The position numbers and the translations under genes were made by a program. This document shows positions 50,887 to 60,157 of a DNA stretch of 64,000 nt, piece after piece (position 1 is the stretch's first letter; every line of letters begins with the position of its first letter). The notes beneath the pieces are model-generated. The model did not search any database. It was given only the letters and a program-made list of their open reading frames with translations, and was not told where the DNA came from. The DNA is from Gammaproteobacteria bacterium (lineage in GTDB: Bacteria > Pseudomonadota > Gammaproteobacteria > Pseudomonadales > Azotimanducaceae), in NCBI GenBank assembly GCA_002725095.1, contig PBQQ01000036.1, positions 21,573 through 85,572 of the forward strand. The letters run 5' to 3'.

Positions 50887-51985
50887 CTACAATCCCGCTT
50901 TTAGATTGGCTTCAATGAATCCATCAATGTCGCCATCCAGCACCGAACCTGGATCAGTGCGCTCAATTTGGGTGCGCAGATCCTTCACTCGAGATTGGTC
51001 AAGCACATAGGACCGGATCTGACTTCCCCAGCCAATATCCGCTTTAGAATCTTCAATGGCCTGTTGCTCTGCGCGCCGTTCTTGCAGCTCCAACTCATAC
51101 AATTTAGCGCGCAGTTGCTTATACGCGTTATCTTTGTTTTGGTGCTGAGAACGCTCACTTTGACATTGCACAACCGTATTAGTCGGCAAGTGGGTCAGGC
51201 GTACCGCCGAGTCAGTGCGGTTCACATGCTGGCCACCAGCACCACTGGCACGATAAGTATCCACCCGAACATCCGCTGGGTTTATGTCGATCTCAATATC
51301 GTCATCGATTTCCGGTGCGATAAAAACCGACGCAAATGATGTGTGCCGACGGTTGCCCGAATCAAACGGGGACTTGCGTACCAACCTATGAACACCCGTT
51401 TCTGTGCGCAACCAACCATAAGCATACTCGCCAGTTATTTGCACCGTAGCACTTTTGATGCCCGCCACATCGCCGGGCGACAACTCCGTCACGCGCGCCG
51501 AAAACTGGCGTTTTTCTGCCCATCGGAGATACATACGCAGCAACATATCTGCCCAGTCCTGAGCTTCGGTGCCGCCAGAACCGGATTGAATTTCCAGAAA
51601 ACAGCTCGCGCCATCCATCTCACCCTGAAACATGCGTCTGAATTCCAACCCGGCCAAACGCTCCGCCAAATCGTCTAGCTCAGCCGCCACTTCATCCAAA
51701 GTGTCTTCATCTTCTTCGTCGCTCGCCATTTCGGCCAGATCTGCAAGATCCCGCAGCGAGTCGGTAAACGACGCTAATACGTCAACAATAGTTTCCAATT
51801 CCGAACGCTCGCGGCCCAGCAACTGCGCCCGCGCGGGGTCATTCCAAACCTCAGAATCAGCTAGCTCCAGTTCAACTTCCTGCAGCCGGTCGCGCTTTTC
51901 AGCAAAGTCAAAGATACCCCCTAAGCGCTAGATCACGTTCACTCAGATCCTTGATTCGTTCACGAACAGAAGTAATTTCTGGCAT
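50887..51985 (-). CDS. prfB: Peptide chain release factor 2, translated via +1 programmed frameshift
   Basis: ATG 51985 gives [25 protein letters not shown] then TGA; +1 frame continues [16 protein letters not shown] into the 50887..51822 ORF with SPF and GGQ motifs; 365 aa in total. Confidence 0.97.
51907..51922 (-). promoter_or_regulatory. RF2 programmed +1 frameshift cassette
   Basis: Minus strand AGGGGG-TAT-CTT-TGA-C: internal SD, slippery Leu codon, UGA-C stop. Confidence 0.96.
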
Positions 51986-52039
51986 TGGTCTCAATCGGTG
52001 TTGCGCAGCATTTTAGCTGTCTTGAAAGCAGCGCGGAGT

Positions 52040-53746
52040 CTAAGCCAAAGGCTCAACGTACTCCACTATCAACTGCAGCGTCGGCGTGTTGCCATAGTCG
52101 TTACGGGCCGGGCGGTAAACCACCCGCAGGCGCTTTATGCGCTGATCCAGCGGCGGTTGTCGAAAGGCTATGGCATCGACCAAACGCGTTTCTTTACGTA
52201 ATACCAACTTTAGGTGCTGCGCGCCCACCACCCGCTGGCTAACGAGTTCGAAGTCATCACAAAACGTCGGTTCCGGGAAACCACTTCCCCAAGGACCTGC
52301 AGCAAACAGAGTGTGCACAGTTTCAAGAGTGAGCTCCTGCTCGGTCAATCCACCATCAACGAAACATTTGGCGCGCAGCGTGTCCTCGTCTATCAATTCG
52401 GATACAACGCCGTCAAAGATGCTGCGAAAACGTTCAAAATGCACATGCTTAAGACTCAAGCCCGCCGCCATGGCATGCCCACCAAACTTAATGAGCAAAC
52501 CCGGATAGCGTGTCGCGATGGTGTCGAGTACGTCTCGGATATTCAGGCCATCAATGCTGCGCGCTGAGCCCTTTATTTCACCCGCGGCACCTTCTGAAGA
52601 GTCAGCGAAAACGATGGCTGGACGATGCAATCGTTCACGCAACCGGCCTGCCACAATGCCTACTACCCCCTGATGAAAACGTTCGTGATACACCGCGACA
52701 CCAAAATTCCGGTCAATCTTCGGCACTTGGGCGAGCAGCAGTTCAGCATCGGCGACCATATCTTGCTCTAGTTCGCGCCTGTCTTTATTTAGCCCATCTA
52801 GCTCCTGAGCCAAGGCCCGGGCCGAGCTGAGGTCATCTGCCAGCAAGCAGCGGATACCCACACTCATGTCTTGCAATCTCCCGGCAGCGTTCAAGCGCGG
52901 GCCCACTGCAAAACCAAGATCTTGAGCGCTGAGCCGACTCAGATCGCGCTTACCTATTTCCACCAAAGCACGAATACCTGGCCGTGTATGTCCTTGGCGC
53001 ATGCGCAACAGCCCTTGATGCACCAATATGCGGTTATTGCAATCTAGCGGTACAACATCCGCCACCGTGCCTAAGGCAACCAGATCTAAAAATTGACCGA
53101 GGTTAGGCTCCGGACGCTGAGACGAATTAAACCATTGCCGCTGGCGCAGAGTGTGACGCACCCAACTTAACAGGTAATAGGCAACGCCGACCCCAGCCAT
53201 CGACTTACTGGAAAAGCCACAGTCACCGCGATTCGGATTCACAATGGCATAAGCAGCAGGCAGTTCCGCACCGGGCAGGTGATGATCGCTCACAATGACA
53301 TCAATGCCAGCGGCGTTGGCTGCTGCCACACCGTCTAAGCTGGAAATACCATTGTCCACGGTAATAATTAAATCGGGCTTTAAGCGTTCTGCGACGGCGA
53401 CGATCGCCACCGAAAGACCATAGCCGAACTGAAAGCGATCAGGCACAAGAAACTCGACAACGCCGGCCCCCATCGCCGCCAACGCTAACTTAGATAACGC
53501 GACAGATGTGGCGCCGTCGGCATCATAATCACCAATAATAAGGATGCTCTGCTGCTCCACAACAGCATCGGCGATGCGCTCCGCAGCCTTTTCGATGTCG
53601 ATAAGGCCCAACGGCGACAATAACGACGCTAAGCTTTTCTCAGTCTCATCTGCATGCGTTAGGCCACGACTTAAATACAACCGTTCAATAAGTGGGTTGT
53701 CTACGCCAAGCGCGCCCTCGCCAACTGCACGCGTAATGATCTGCAT
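52040..53746 (-). CDS. recJ: ssDNA exonuclease RecJ
   Basis: GDYDADGATS, TVDNGI, DHH, ALGTVADVV, PRLNAAGRL, GSARS, FGGHAMAAG. Confidence 0.97.
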   Translation of the reverse strand: MQIITRAVGEGALGVDNPLIERLYLSRGLTHADETEKSLASLLSPLGLIDIEKAAERIADAVVEQQSILIIGDYDADGATSVALSKLALAAMGAGVVEFLVPDRFQFGYGLSVAIVAVAERLKPDLIITVDNGISSLDGVAAANAAGIDVIVSDHHLPGAELPAAYAIVNPNRGDCGFSSKSMAGVGVAYYLLSWVRHTLRQRQWFNSSQRPEPNLGQFLDLVALGTVADVVPLDCNNRILVHQGLLRMRQGHTRPGIRALVEIGKRDLSRLSAQDLGFAVGPRLNAAGRLQDMSVGIRCLLADDLSSARALAQELDGLNKDRRELEQDMVADAELLLAQVPKIDRNFGVAVYHERFHQGVVGIVAGRLRERLHRPAIVFADSSEGAAGEIKGSARSIDGLNIRDVLDTIATRYPGLLIKFGGHAMAAGLSLKHVHFERFRSIFDGVVSELIDEDTLRAKCFVDGGLTEQELTLETVHTLFAAGPWGSGFPEPTFCDDFELVSQRVVGAQHLKLVLRKETRLVDAIAFRQPPLDQRIKRLRVVYRPARNDYGNTPTLQLIVEYVEPLA

Positions 53747-53754
53747 CGGCGCAT

Positions 53755-55038
53755 TCAGTCCTGAGGTGCGACTCGTATACGCATCACTGGAGCAGTAACC
53801 GTTGCCAATGCTTCCAACTGCGCCAGCGCCTCATTCATGCGCGCCTCCGGCGTCTCCTGGGTTAGGATCACAATATCTACGAAGCCGCCATGGTCGTGAC
53901 CGTCTTTTTGAATCACCGCTTCGATATTGATGTTGTGGCTTGAAAGTATTTGCGTGACTTCAGCAAAGACGCCGGGTTCATCACGAGTGGGAATGCGCAA
54001 GTAATACGCGCTGCTGATCTGTTCGACCGGGAGTATGACCTTCGACATATTCGCAACCGGATCGGCGACGATCTGATCAGCATTCAGCGCCGTGCCAACA
54101 ATATCCGCCACGACCGCCGAGGCGGTCGCAGCGCCCCCAGCACCCGGCCCACTGAAAAGGGTTTTGCCGGCGGCATCAGACACCACCTGTACGGCGTTCA
54201 ATACACCGTTGACATGCGCCACCAGTTCACCATGCGGAACCAATGTCGGATGCACTCGCGCTTCAATACCATCGGGATTGCTGCGCAAAATACCTAAATG
54301 CTTAATACGATAGCCCAACTCTGCCGCATAGCTTATGTCTGTGAGGGTAATCGCGCGAATGCCCTCAACATACACTTTGGCAAACTCAAACTGGGTACCA
54401 AAAGCCAGCGCCATGAGAATGGTGAGTTTGTGCGCAGCATCAATACCATCAACATCAAAAGTCGGATCAGCCTCGGCATAGCCTAACGTCTGAGCGCGTT
54501 CGAGGATCTCGTCAAAGCCTACGCCTTCCTCCTCCATGGCAGAGAGCATGTAGTTACACGTACCGTTGATAATGCCGCTCACCGCGGTGAATCGATTCGC
54601 CACCAAACCCTGCTGCAGCGCGTGGATAATTGGTATCGCACCGGCCACCGCAGCCTCAAATCGCAACGCCTGCCGAGACAATTCATTGCCATACAACGCT
54701 ATGACGGCTTTGTTCGCTGTCACCACCGCCTTGCCATTACTCAGGGCACCAACAATCAACTGTTTTGCTAAAGTTTCACCGCCAATCAACTCAACAATCA
54801 GATCGATTCTTGAATCAGACAGCAAGTCCATCACATCAGTGGAAAAATCGGCTCCCTGCAAATCTACATCTGGCCTGGCACTGCGGCTGGCGACACGCAC
54901 TACGTCAACACTGACGCCACTGCGCTGTTCGATAAGCGATCGATTCGCAGCGAGCAACGTCAAAACGCCCTGAGCCACCGTACCCAGACCCGCAATTCCT
55001 ATGGAAATGGCTTTCAAACTACCGCTCCTGCTGCCCAC
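53755..55038 (-). CDS. hom: Homoserine dehydrogenase with C-terminal ACT domain
   Basis: GLGTV, VVTANKA, FEAAVAG.IP, GIINGT.NY, GYAEADP..DV.G.DAAHKL, GPGAGG..TASAV. Confidence 0.95.
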   Translation of the reverse strand: MGSRSGSLKAISIGIAGLGTVAQGVLTLLAANRSLIEQRSGVSVDVVRVASRSARPDVDLQGADFSTDVMDLLSDSRIDLIVELIGGETLAKQLIVGALSNGKAVVTANKAVIALYGNELSRQALRFEAAVAGAIPIIHALQQGLVANRFTAVSGIINGTCNYMLSAMEEEGVGFDEILERAQTLGYAEADPTFDVDGIDAAHKLTILMALAFGTQFEFAKVYVEGIRAITLTDISYAAELGYRIKHLGILRSNPDGIEARVHPTLVPHGELVAHVNGVLNAVQVVSDAAGKTLFSGPGAGGAATASAVVADIVGTALNADQIVADPVANMSKVILPVEQISSAYYLRIPTRDEPGVFAEVTQILSSHNINIEAVIQKDGHDHGGFVDIVILTQETPEARMNEALAQLEALATVTAPVMRIRVAPQD

Positions 55039-55046
55039 TGCATAGG

Positions 55047-55805
55047 TTATTCACCTAAAACCGTAGCGGCCAGTCGTTCCGCCGGCAGGTAGCCGGGCAA
55101 TAAGCGTCCGTCGGCAAGTACAATCGCCGGTGTTCCATTGATGCCCAGCTGCTGTCCCAAACCGAACTGTTCGGCTACCGGATTCGAGCACGCCGCAGCG
55201 GGCACACTGTCCCCTGCTTTGAGTTGCGTTATGGCGGCTTGCCGATCCTTCGAACACCAAGCCGTAACCATTTTGTCGTAGGTTTCCGAGTCAACCCCAG
55301 CACGCGGATACGCTAGATAGCGAACCTCTATTCCCAGATCGTTAATCTGTGCCATCTCAGCATGTAATTTTCGGCAATAGCCGCAATCTACGTCGGTAAA
55401 GACCTGGATGAACCCGCGCCGCGCCCCTACAGCAGGAAAGACAATCATGTCGTCGAGCGGCTGCTGCGCCATCCATCGTTTACGTTTTTGATCGCGCCTG
55501 AGCTCTGACAAATTCAACAGGTCGTCTTGCACAGCAAAGAAGTCGCCACTAAAAAAGTGTTGACCGTCTGCTGTACCGTAGAGGATGGCGCCCCCAGTCA
55601 GTTCTATCGCATACATGCCAGGAATATCGATCGGCACGATCTCTTCGATCGGAATCCCTGGACGCACCCTTTGTAACTTCTCCGCCAAACTACGGCCTGC
55701 TTCTAGAGCCTCTTTTGTCTCAGCAATAGCGGCTGGTAGCCCGCCCAAAACCGCAGCCGCAACACACAAGATCCAAGCCATTAATTTATTAGCCAACATA
55801 CACAT
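55047..55805 (-). CDS. dsbC: Thiol:disulfide isomerase DsbC
   Basis: Signal peptide, dimerisation domain, VFTD.DCGYCRKLH, YLAYPR.G, GTPA; xerD-dsbC synteny; start may be 55799. Confidence 0.94.
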   Translation of the reverse strand: MCMLANKLMAWILCVAAAVLGGLPAAIAETKEALEAGRSLAEKLQRVRPGIPIEEIVPIDIPGMYAIELTGGAILYGTADGQHFFSGDFFAVQDDLLNLSELRRDQKRKRWMAQQPLDDMIVFPAVGARRGFIQVFTDVDCGYCRKLHAEMAQINDLGIEVRYLAYPRAGVDSETYDKMVTAWCSKDRQAAITQLKAGDSVPAAACSNPVAEQFGLGQQLGINGTPAIVLADGRLLPGYLPAERLAATVLGE

Positions 55806-55844
55806 TATCCTGTTCGCTTACCGACCACGCGCGCTCCACGCTTC

Positions 55845-56759
55845 TTAGCCCCGTGGGTGGTGTTTTCGTAATAACGATTGAAGACGCTGCTGCGCAACAT
55901 GGGTGTAGATCTGGGTCGTGGACAAATCGCTGTGCCCAAGCATCATCTGCACCGCACGCAGGTCTGCGCCATTATCCACGAGATGGGTAGCAAATGCATG
56001 GCGCAGGGTGTGAGGCGAGATGTCTTTTTGAATAGCCGCCACCCGCGCATAGCGCTTAATGGCATGCCAAAAAGTTTGCCGGGTCATTGTCCGACCCAAA
56101 CGGCTGGGAAATAAAATATTGCCCCCCGCCGGAATCAATTGTGCGCGGGCTTCGAGCAGGTAACGTTGTAACCAATGCAGAGCTGCTTCGCCTGCAGGCA
56201 CAATCCGCTCCTTGTTGCCTTTACCGATGACCCGCACAACACCTTGTCGCGGATTCACGCTGGCCAGTTGCAACGCCACAAGCTCGGATACACGCAGCCC
56301 ACAGGCATACAGCACTTCTAACATCGCCCGATCACGGAGCCCGATCGCAGTCGTTACATCCGGCGCCGCAAGCAGATTCTCCACATCTTGCGCAGCCAAA
56401 CTTCCGGGCAGTGACCGAGCCTGCTTGGGGTGCTCAAGAAATTGGGTGGGATCCTCTTGGAGCCGCTGCTCGGTCAACAAATAACGAAAAAATCCGCGCA
56501 CCGAGCTAAGCCAACGCGCTGCCGAACGCCGCGCGATATTCTGGCCGTTACGCATTTCATTATAAGCACCGAGGTCTTCGGCGCTGGCTTGCATTAGCTT
56601 AGTGGCTCGATCGGTCTGAACCAACCAATGTTCCGTAAGGGCGAGGTCGCGACGGTAGGCGGCCAGAGTATTTTCGCTCAGACCGCGCTGCAACCACAGC
56701 GCGTCAAGGTAGTCTGATATCTCGTCGCTTAAACTTTGATTCGACTCGCGTATGGGCAT
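55845..56759 (-). CDS. xerD: Site-specific tyrosine recombinase XerD
   Basis: GLS.NT..AY.RDL, RDRAMLE.LYA.GLRVSEL, GKG.KER, SPHTLRHAFATHL, LGH.DLSTTQIY. Confidence 0.95.
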   Translation of the reverse strand: MPIRESNQSLSDEISDYLDALWLQRGLSENTLAAYRRDLALTEHWLVQTDRATKLMQASAEDLGAYNEMRNGQNIARRSAARWLSSVRGFFRYLLTEQRLQEDPTQFLEHPKQARSLPGSLAAQDVENLLAAPDVTTAIGLRDRAMLEVLYACGLRVSELVALQLASVNPRQGVVRVIGKGNKERIVPAGEAALHWLQRYLLEARAQLIPAGGNILFPSRLGRTMTRQTFWHAIKRYARVAAIQKDISPHTLRHAFATHLVDNGADLRAVQMMLGHSDLSTTQIYTHVAQQRLQSLLRKHHPRG

Positions 56760-56813
56760 GCAAGGGACGGCTTTAAGTTCAAGCCATCACTATAAACAAC
56801 CCTTCGAAGGCGT

Positions 56814-57167
56814 CTACTTTTTGATTTTTTCTTTGATACGCGCAGAACGACCCGAACGCTCCCGCAAGTAGTAGAGCTTAGCCTGTCGCACATCTCCGCG
56901 CCGCTTAACTTCAATCTGATTAATCAGCGGGCTGTGAGTTTGAAATGTTCGCTCAACGCCGACACCGTGAGAAATTTTGCGCACGACAAACGCCGAATTG
57001 ATACCACGGCTTTTAATGCCAATGACCACACCCTCGAAGGCCTGCAAACGTTCGCGACTGCCCTCTTTAACGCGCACCTGCACGCTCACGGTATCGCCAG
57101 GACGAAATTCGGGTATCTCCGCCAACTGGCGGTCTTCAATTTCTTGGATCACTTTATTTCTGCGCAT
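56814..57167 (-). CDS. rplS: 50S ribosomal protein L19
   Basis: F.PGDTV.V, R.Q.FEG, VRKIS.GVGVER, RRG.VR.AKLYYLR; ATG 57167 after GGAG. Confidence 0.98.
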   Translation of the reverse strand: MRRNKVIQEIEDRQLAEIPEFRPGDTVSVQVRVKEGSRERLQAFEGVVIGIKSRGINSAFVVRKISHGVGVERTFQTHSPLINQIEVKRRGDVRQAKLYYLRERSGRSARIKEKIKK

Positions 57168-57187
57168 CTTTATCTCCAATACATCGC

Positions 57188-57931
57188 CTAATCTGGCTGA
57201 CGGTCGGCAAAAATTTCTAACAGCAACTCCCGATCCTGGGCACCGAATGTCATACGGGTTAACAATTCGGGACGTCGCTCCAGAGTGCGTTTTAACGCCT
57301 CACGGCGTCGGTATCTCCGCACCTGCCCGTGGTCTCCACTGAGCAGCTGTGGCGGTATCTTTTCCGAAGCCAAAGTTTCGGGGCGCGTATAGTGAGGGTA
57401 ATCGAGCGTCGCATCAAGATAAGATTCATCCATAGCGGACATTTGATTGCCTAAGGTGCCTGGCAGGTGCCTCGCGATCGCATCCATCACCACCATTGCC
57501 GGCAATTCACCGCCACTGAGCACATAGTCCCCAACGGACCATTCAAGATCCACCCAGCGACTTATAAAACGTTCATCAATGCCCTCATATCGGCCGCAAA
57601 CCAGAATCAAGCCCGCGCTGTCTCGGTACGAACCGACCTCAGCCTGATTGAAGGTTCGTCCCTGCGGACTCATTAACACCACCGGCGTATCTGTCGGGGC
57701 TCGTTCTTTAGCCGCCATAACCGCAGCCTGCAGCGGCGCCACCTTCATCACCATCCCCGCGCCACCGCCATAGGGCCGATCGTCGACCGTGCGGTGTCGG
57801 TCGGCGGTGTAGTCACGAGGGTTGAAGAAATCAATGTTCACCACCCCCGACGCCACCGCTCGGCCGAATACACCTTCGCGGACCACCGCCTCAAACATAT
57901 CCGGAAACAGCGTAATAACCCCTATCCACAT
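57188..57931 (-). CDS. trmD: tRNA (guanine-N1)-methyltransferase
   Basis: [40 protein letters not shown]. Confidence 0.98.
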   Translation of the reverse strand: MWIGVITLFPDMFEAVVREGVFGRAVASGVVNIDFFNPRDYTADRHRTVDDRPYGGGAGMVMKVAPLQAAVMAAKERAPTDTPVVLMSPQGRTFNQAEVGSYRDSAGLILVCGRYEGIDERFISRWVDLEWSVGDYVLSGGELPAMVVMDAIARHLPGTLGNQMSAMDESYLDATLDYPHYTRPETLASEKIPPQLLSGDHGQVRRYRRREALKRTLERRPELLTRMTFGAQDRELLLEIFADRQPD

Positions 57932-57935
57932 AGAT

Positions 57936-58451
57936 TTAGTCGTTCCATTCCGAAGGCCACATCACCATAATCCGCCGTTCCGCAAGATTCACATCGATTA
58001 TGTAAGGGTCAGCAAATGGCACCAACAACGGCTGCCCTTGGCGCGCAATCTGCAATACATCATGGGCGCCCGTTTCCAACAAGCCGATAACCTGACCCAG
58101 CGCTTCCCCCTGTTCGTTAAGGACATCGCAGCCGATCAACTGGTGCCAATAAAACTCCCCATCTGCGGTCTGGCCAAGCATCTCAGCGGGGGTGCCTAGG
58201 AGGCTGCCGCTGAATTTCTGGGCAGTTTCACGTTGCTCGACGCCCGCAAGACGCACCAAGTAACCGTCATTGTGATTTTGGATTTCATAATCTTCGATAC
58301 GCTGCCATTTGTCGCTATTGTGCGACCGCAGAAACCACGGTTGATAGGACAAAAGATTGTCACGAGGAGAGGTGAAAGACTGTAAGTGCTGCCAGCCTTT
58401 AACGCCGAAAGACCGTCCCAGTCGACCCACTACGACATTGTCTTGGGACAT
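57936..58451 (-). CDS. rimM: Ribosome maturation factor RimM
   Basis: VG.....GVKGW, EFYW.QLIG, ETGA.DVL, LVPF; rpsP-rimM-trmD-rplS operon. Confidence 0.95.
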   Translation of the reverse strand: MSQDNVVVGRLGRSFGVKGWQHLQSFTSPRDNLLSYQPWFLRSHNSDKWQRIEDYEIQNHNDGYLVRLAGVEQRETAQKFSGSLLGTPAEMLGQTADGEFYWHQLIGCDVLNEQGEALGQVIGLLETGAHDVLQIARQGQPLLVPFADPYIIDVNLAERRIMVMWPSEWND

Positions 58452-58468
58452 ATGGCAGCCTGGGCTTT

Positions 58469-58493
58469 ACAAAACGCGCATCGCTGATGCGCG
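58469..58493 (-). terminator. Terminator/attenuator-like hairpin between rpsP and rimM
   Basis: Minus strand CGCGCATC-AGC-GATGCGCG (8-bp stem) followed by TTTTGT. Confidence 0.45.
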
Positions 58494-58499
58494 CGACAA

Positions 58500-58778
58500 C
58501 TACTCGGCGGTAGCCGTGGCTGCTTCTGTGGGTTGTTGTTTACGCGCCATCGTGATCAATTGCTTGACCCGGTCACTGGGCTGCGCGCCAACACCGACCC
58601 AGTAGTCAATACGATCCAAATCCAGACGCAATGCTTCGGCTTGACCTTTCGCTACAGGATTATAAAACCCCACGCGCTCGACAAAACGGCCATCACGCGA
58701 GCGCGCCTGGTCCGCTACTGTGACGTGATAAAAAGGACTCTTCTTTGCGCCATGACGTGCAAGACGTATCGTTACCAT
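58500..58778 (-). CDS. rpsP: 30S ribosomal protein S16
   Basis: [37 protein letters not shown]. Confidence 0.98.
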   Translation of the reverse strand: MVTIRLARHGAKKSPFYHVTVADQARSRDGRFVERVGFYNPVAKGQAEALRLDLDRIDYWVGVGAQPSDRVKQLITMARKQQPTEAATATAE

Positions 58779-58820
58779 AATGTTCTCTGTTTACCAAAGG
58801 TCGAATTTCGGAGGCGACGT

Positions 58821-58848
58821 ATTCTATAGCAACGCAAGGGACATGCAA
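58821..58848 (-). promoter_or_regulatory. Putative sigma70 promoter of the rpsP operon
   Basis: Minus strand TTGCAT-N16-TAGAAT, 42 nt upstream of the rpsP ATG. Confidence 0.55.
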
Positions 58849-58880
58849 ATGGCTTACGGCTCACTCTCGCGCGGGTCTAT

Positions 58881-59174
58881 TTACGTCTGTACGCCTTTAA
58901 CAATCACACAGTGGGTCTCTGCTGCCGCGTGACGATGCTTGGCCAGCGCCTGATATTCAGGACTGAAAAACCAATTTTCAGCGCCGTCGACCGACGCAAA
59001 TCCGATCAACACTGTGCGGGTATAAGACCAATCCCCTTCGAGCACTTGCGGGGCTTCATCCACACCGAGCATGGCTCCACCATAATTGGAGAAAATAGCC
59101 ATAAAACCGGCTTCGTATTCGCCGTAACGCTCACGGTCATGGATATTAATTGTTGCAATCACATAAGCCGTCAT
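58881..59174 (-). CDS. DUF1330 family protein
   Basis: MTAYVI...I.D.E.Y..Y, YGG..L, LEG.W...R.V...F.S...A..W..SPEYQ; start ATG 59174 (ORF track 59258). Confidence 0.88.
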   Translation of the reverse strand: MTAYVIATINIHDRERYGEYEAGFMAIFSNYGGAMLGVDEAPQVLEGDWSYTRTVLIGFASVDGAENWFFSPEYQALAKHRHAAAETHCVIVKGVQT

Positions 59175-59199
59175 CTTCGCCCCTAAGTTAGTCTTTAAT

Positions 59200-60141
59200 C
59201 TACTCGCGCTTATTTTGCAGATGCAGCACGCCGTCTTGCTGATTGATCGAACTGGCAAACCGCTGCAAAAAATTCATCCCCAAGAGACCATCAAAACCGT
59301 CAGCGCCCACTAACGGCAGAATACCCACCTGCAGGCGATCAACTTCGGCCTCACCAACCATAAAGCCAGAGACCTCGATCAGCGGAGCTGAGACCAACCC
59401 ACCGGCCGTTGCCAGACTGATGGAACGACTCAAATCATAACGAAGGTTTAAACGGCGGGCAGCATCTGGAGTCAGCGTTGTAATTGACGCCCCAGTATCT
59501 AAGAGCAACCTCAACTCACTCGACGAAAGTCGTGCTTCCACTACATGATGAACACCGTGTTTGAGCAGTGGCACGGTTATTCCTTCGGCGAACTGCAACC
59601 GCTGATTAATCCGCCGCTCTAGCGCCTGAGCCTTGGCACCCATTACCGCGTCCTGCAGAATAAAATACAGTGAATACAGCGCCTGGTCATACAGTTGCAG
59701 CTGCACCTGCACTTCAGCCAGCCGATAGTAGTGCTCGGCGGTATGCGGATCTAAGTTCACTAAACGCTGATAAAATGCCAATAATTCTGACCAGCGCTGT
59801 TGGTTCGCCAGTTGCCCACTGTGTGCGTTGATAAACCGCTGAAGTTGCGCTCTAACCGCCGCTTCACGCCCTGAATCTGCACGACCCAGCACATCATAAA
59901 ACGCCTCCAGCGACTCCATCGCACTAAGCGCCGGTGTCGATTCATCAAGGTGTGGCTCCGCCACCGACCGGCTTGCCTTTGACAATGGCCGCTGCGTTGC
60001 AACCGGATCGGACGCCATCTGCTTAGCCGTTAACGCCGCCGCCCCAGTTGCAGACGCCGTGCGCTCTGCAGTCACGCTACGCAACTGCCAACCGGCGGCA
60101 ATGCCCGCTATGGCAACAACAACCAGCAGCAGGTTTCGCAT
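59200..60141 (-). CDS. Membrane-anchored TPR + retropepsin-like (clan AA) aspartyl protease
   Basis: N-terminal hydrophobic anchor, Ala/Ser linker, TPR-like helices (LVNLDP..AE.YY.LA), LLDTGAS, TAGG, GLLGMNFL; start ATG 60141 (ORF track 60219). Confidence 0.85.
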   Translation of the reverse strand: MRNLLLVVVAIAGIAAGWQLRSVTAERTASATGAAALTAKQMASDPVATQRPLSKASRSVAEPHLDESTPALSAMESLEAFYDVLGRADSGREAAVRAQLQRFINAHSGQLANQQRWSELLAFYQRLVNLDPHTAEHYYRLAEVQVQLQLYDQALYSLYFILQDAVMGAKAQALERRINQRLQFAEGITVPLLKHGVHHVVEARLSSSELRLLLDTGASITTLTPDAARRLNLRYDLSRSISLATAGGLVSAPLIEVSGFMVGEAEVDRLQVGILPLVGADGFDGLLGMNFLQRFASSINQQDGVLHLQNKRE

Positions 60142-60157
60142 GGACTTAAATCCTAGA

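Noticed and set aside
50887-51985. prfB as a frameshifted pseudogene
   Set aside because: The interruption is the canonical programmed frameshift site.
55845-56759. Tyrosine recombinase as a marker of an integrated mobile element
   Set aside because: Motifs and the rplS-xerD-dsbC context identify housekeeping XerD; no att repeats, tRNA or cargo genes nearby.
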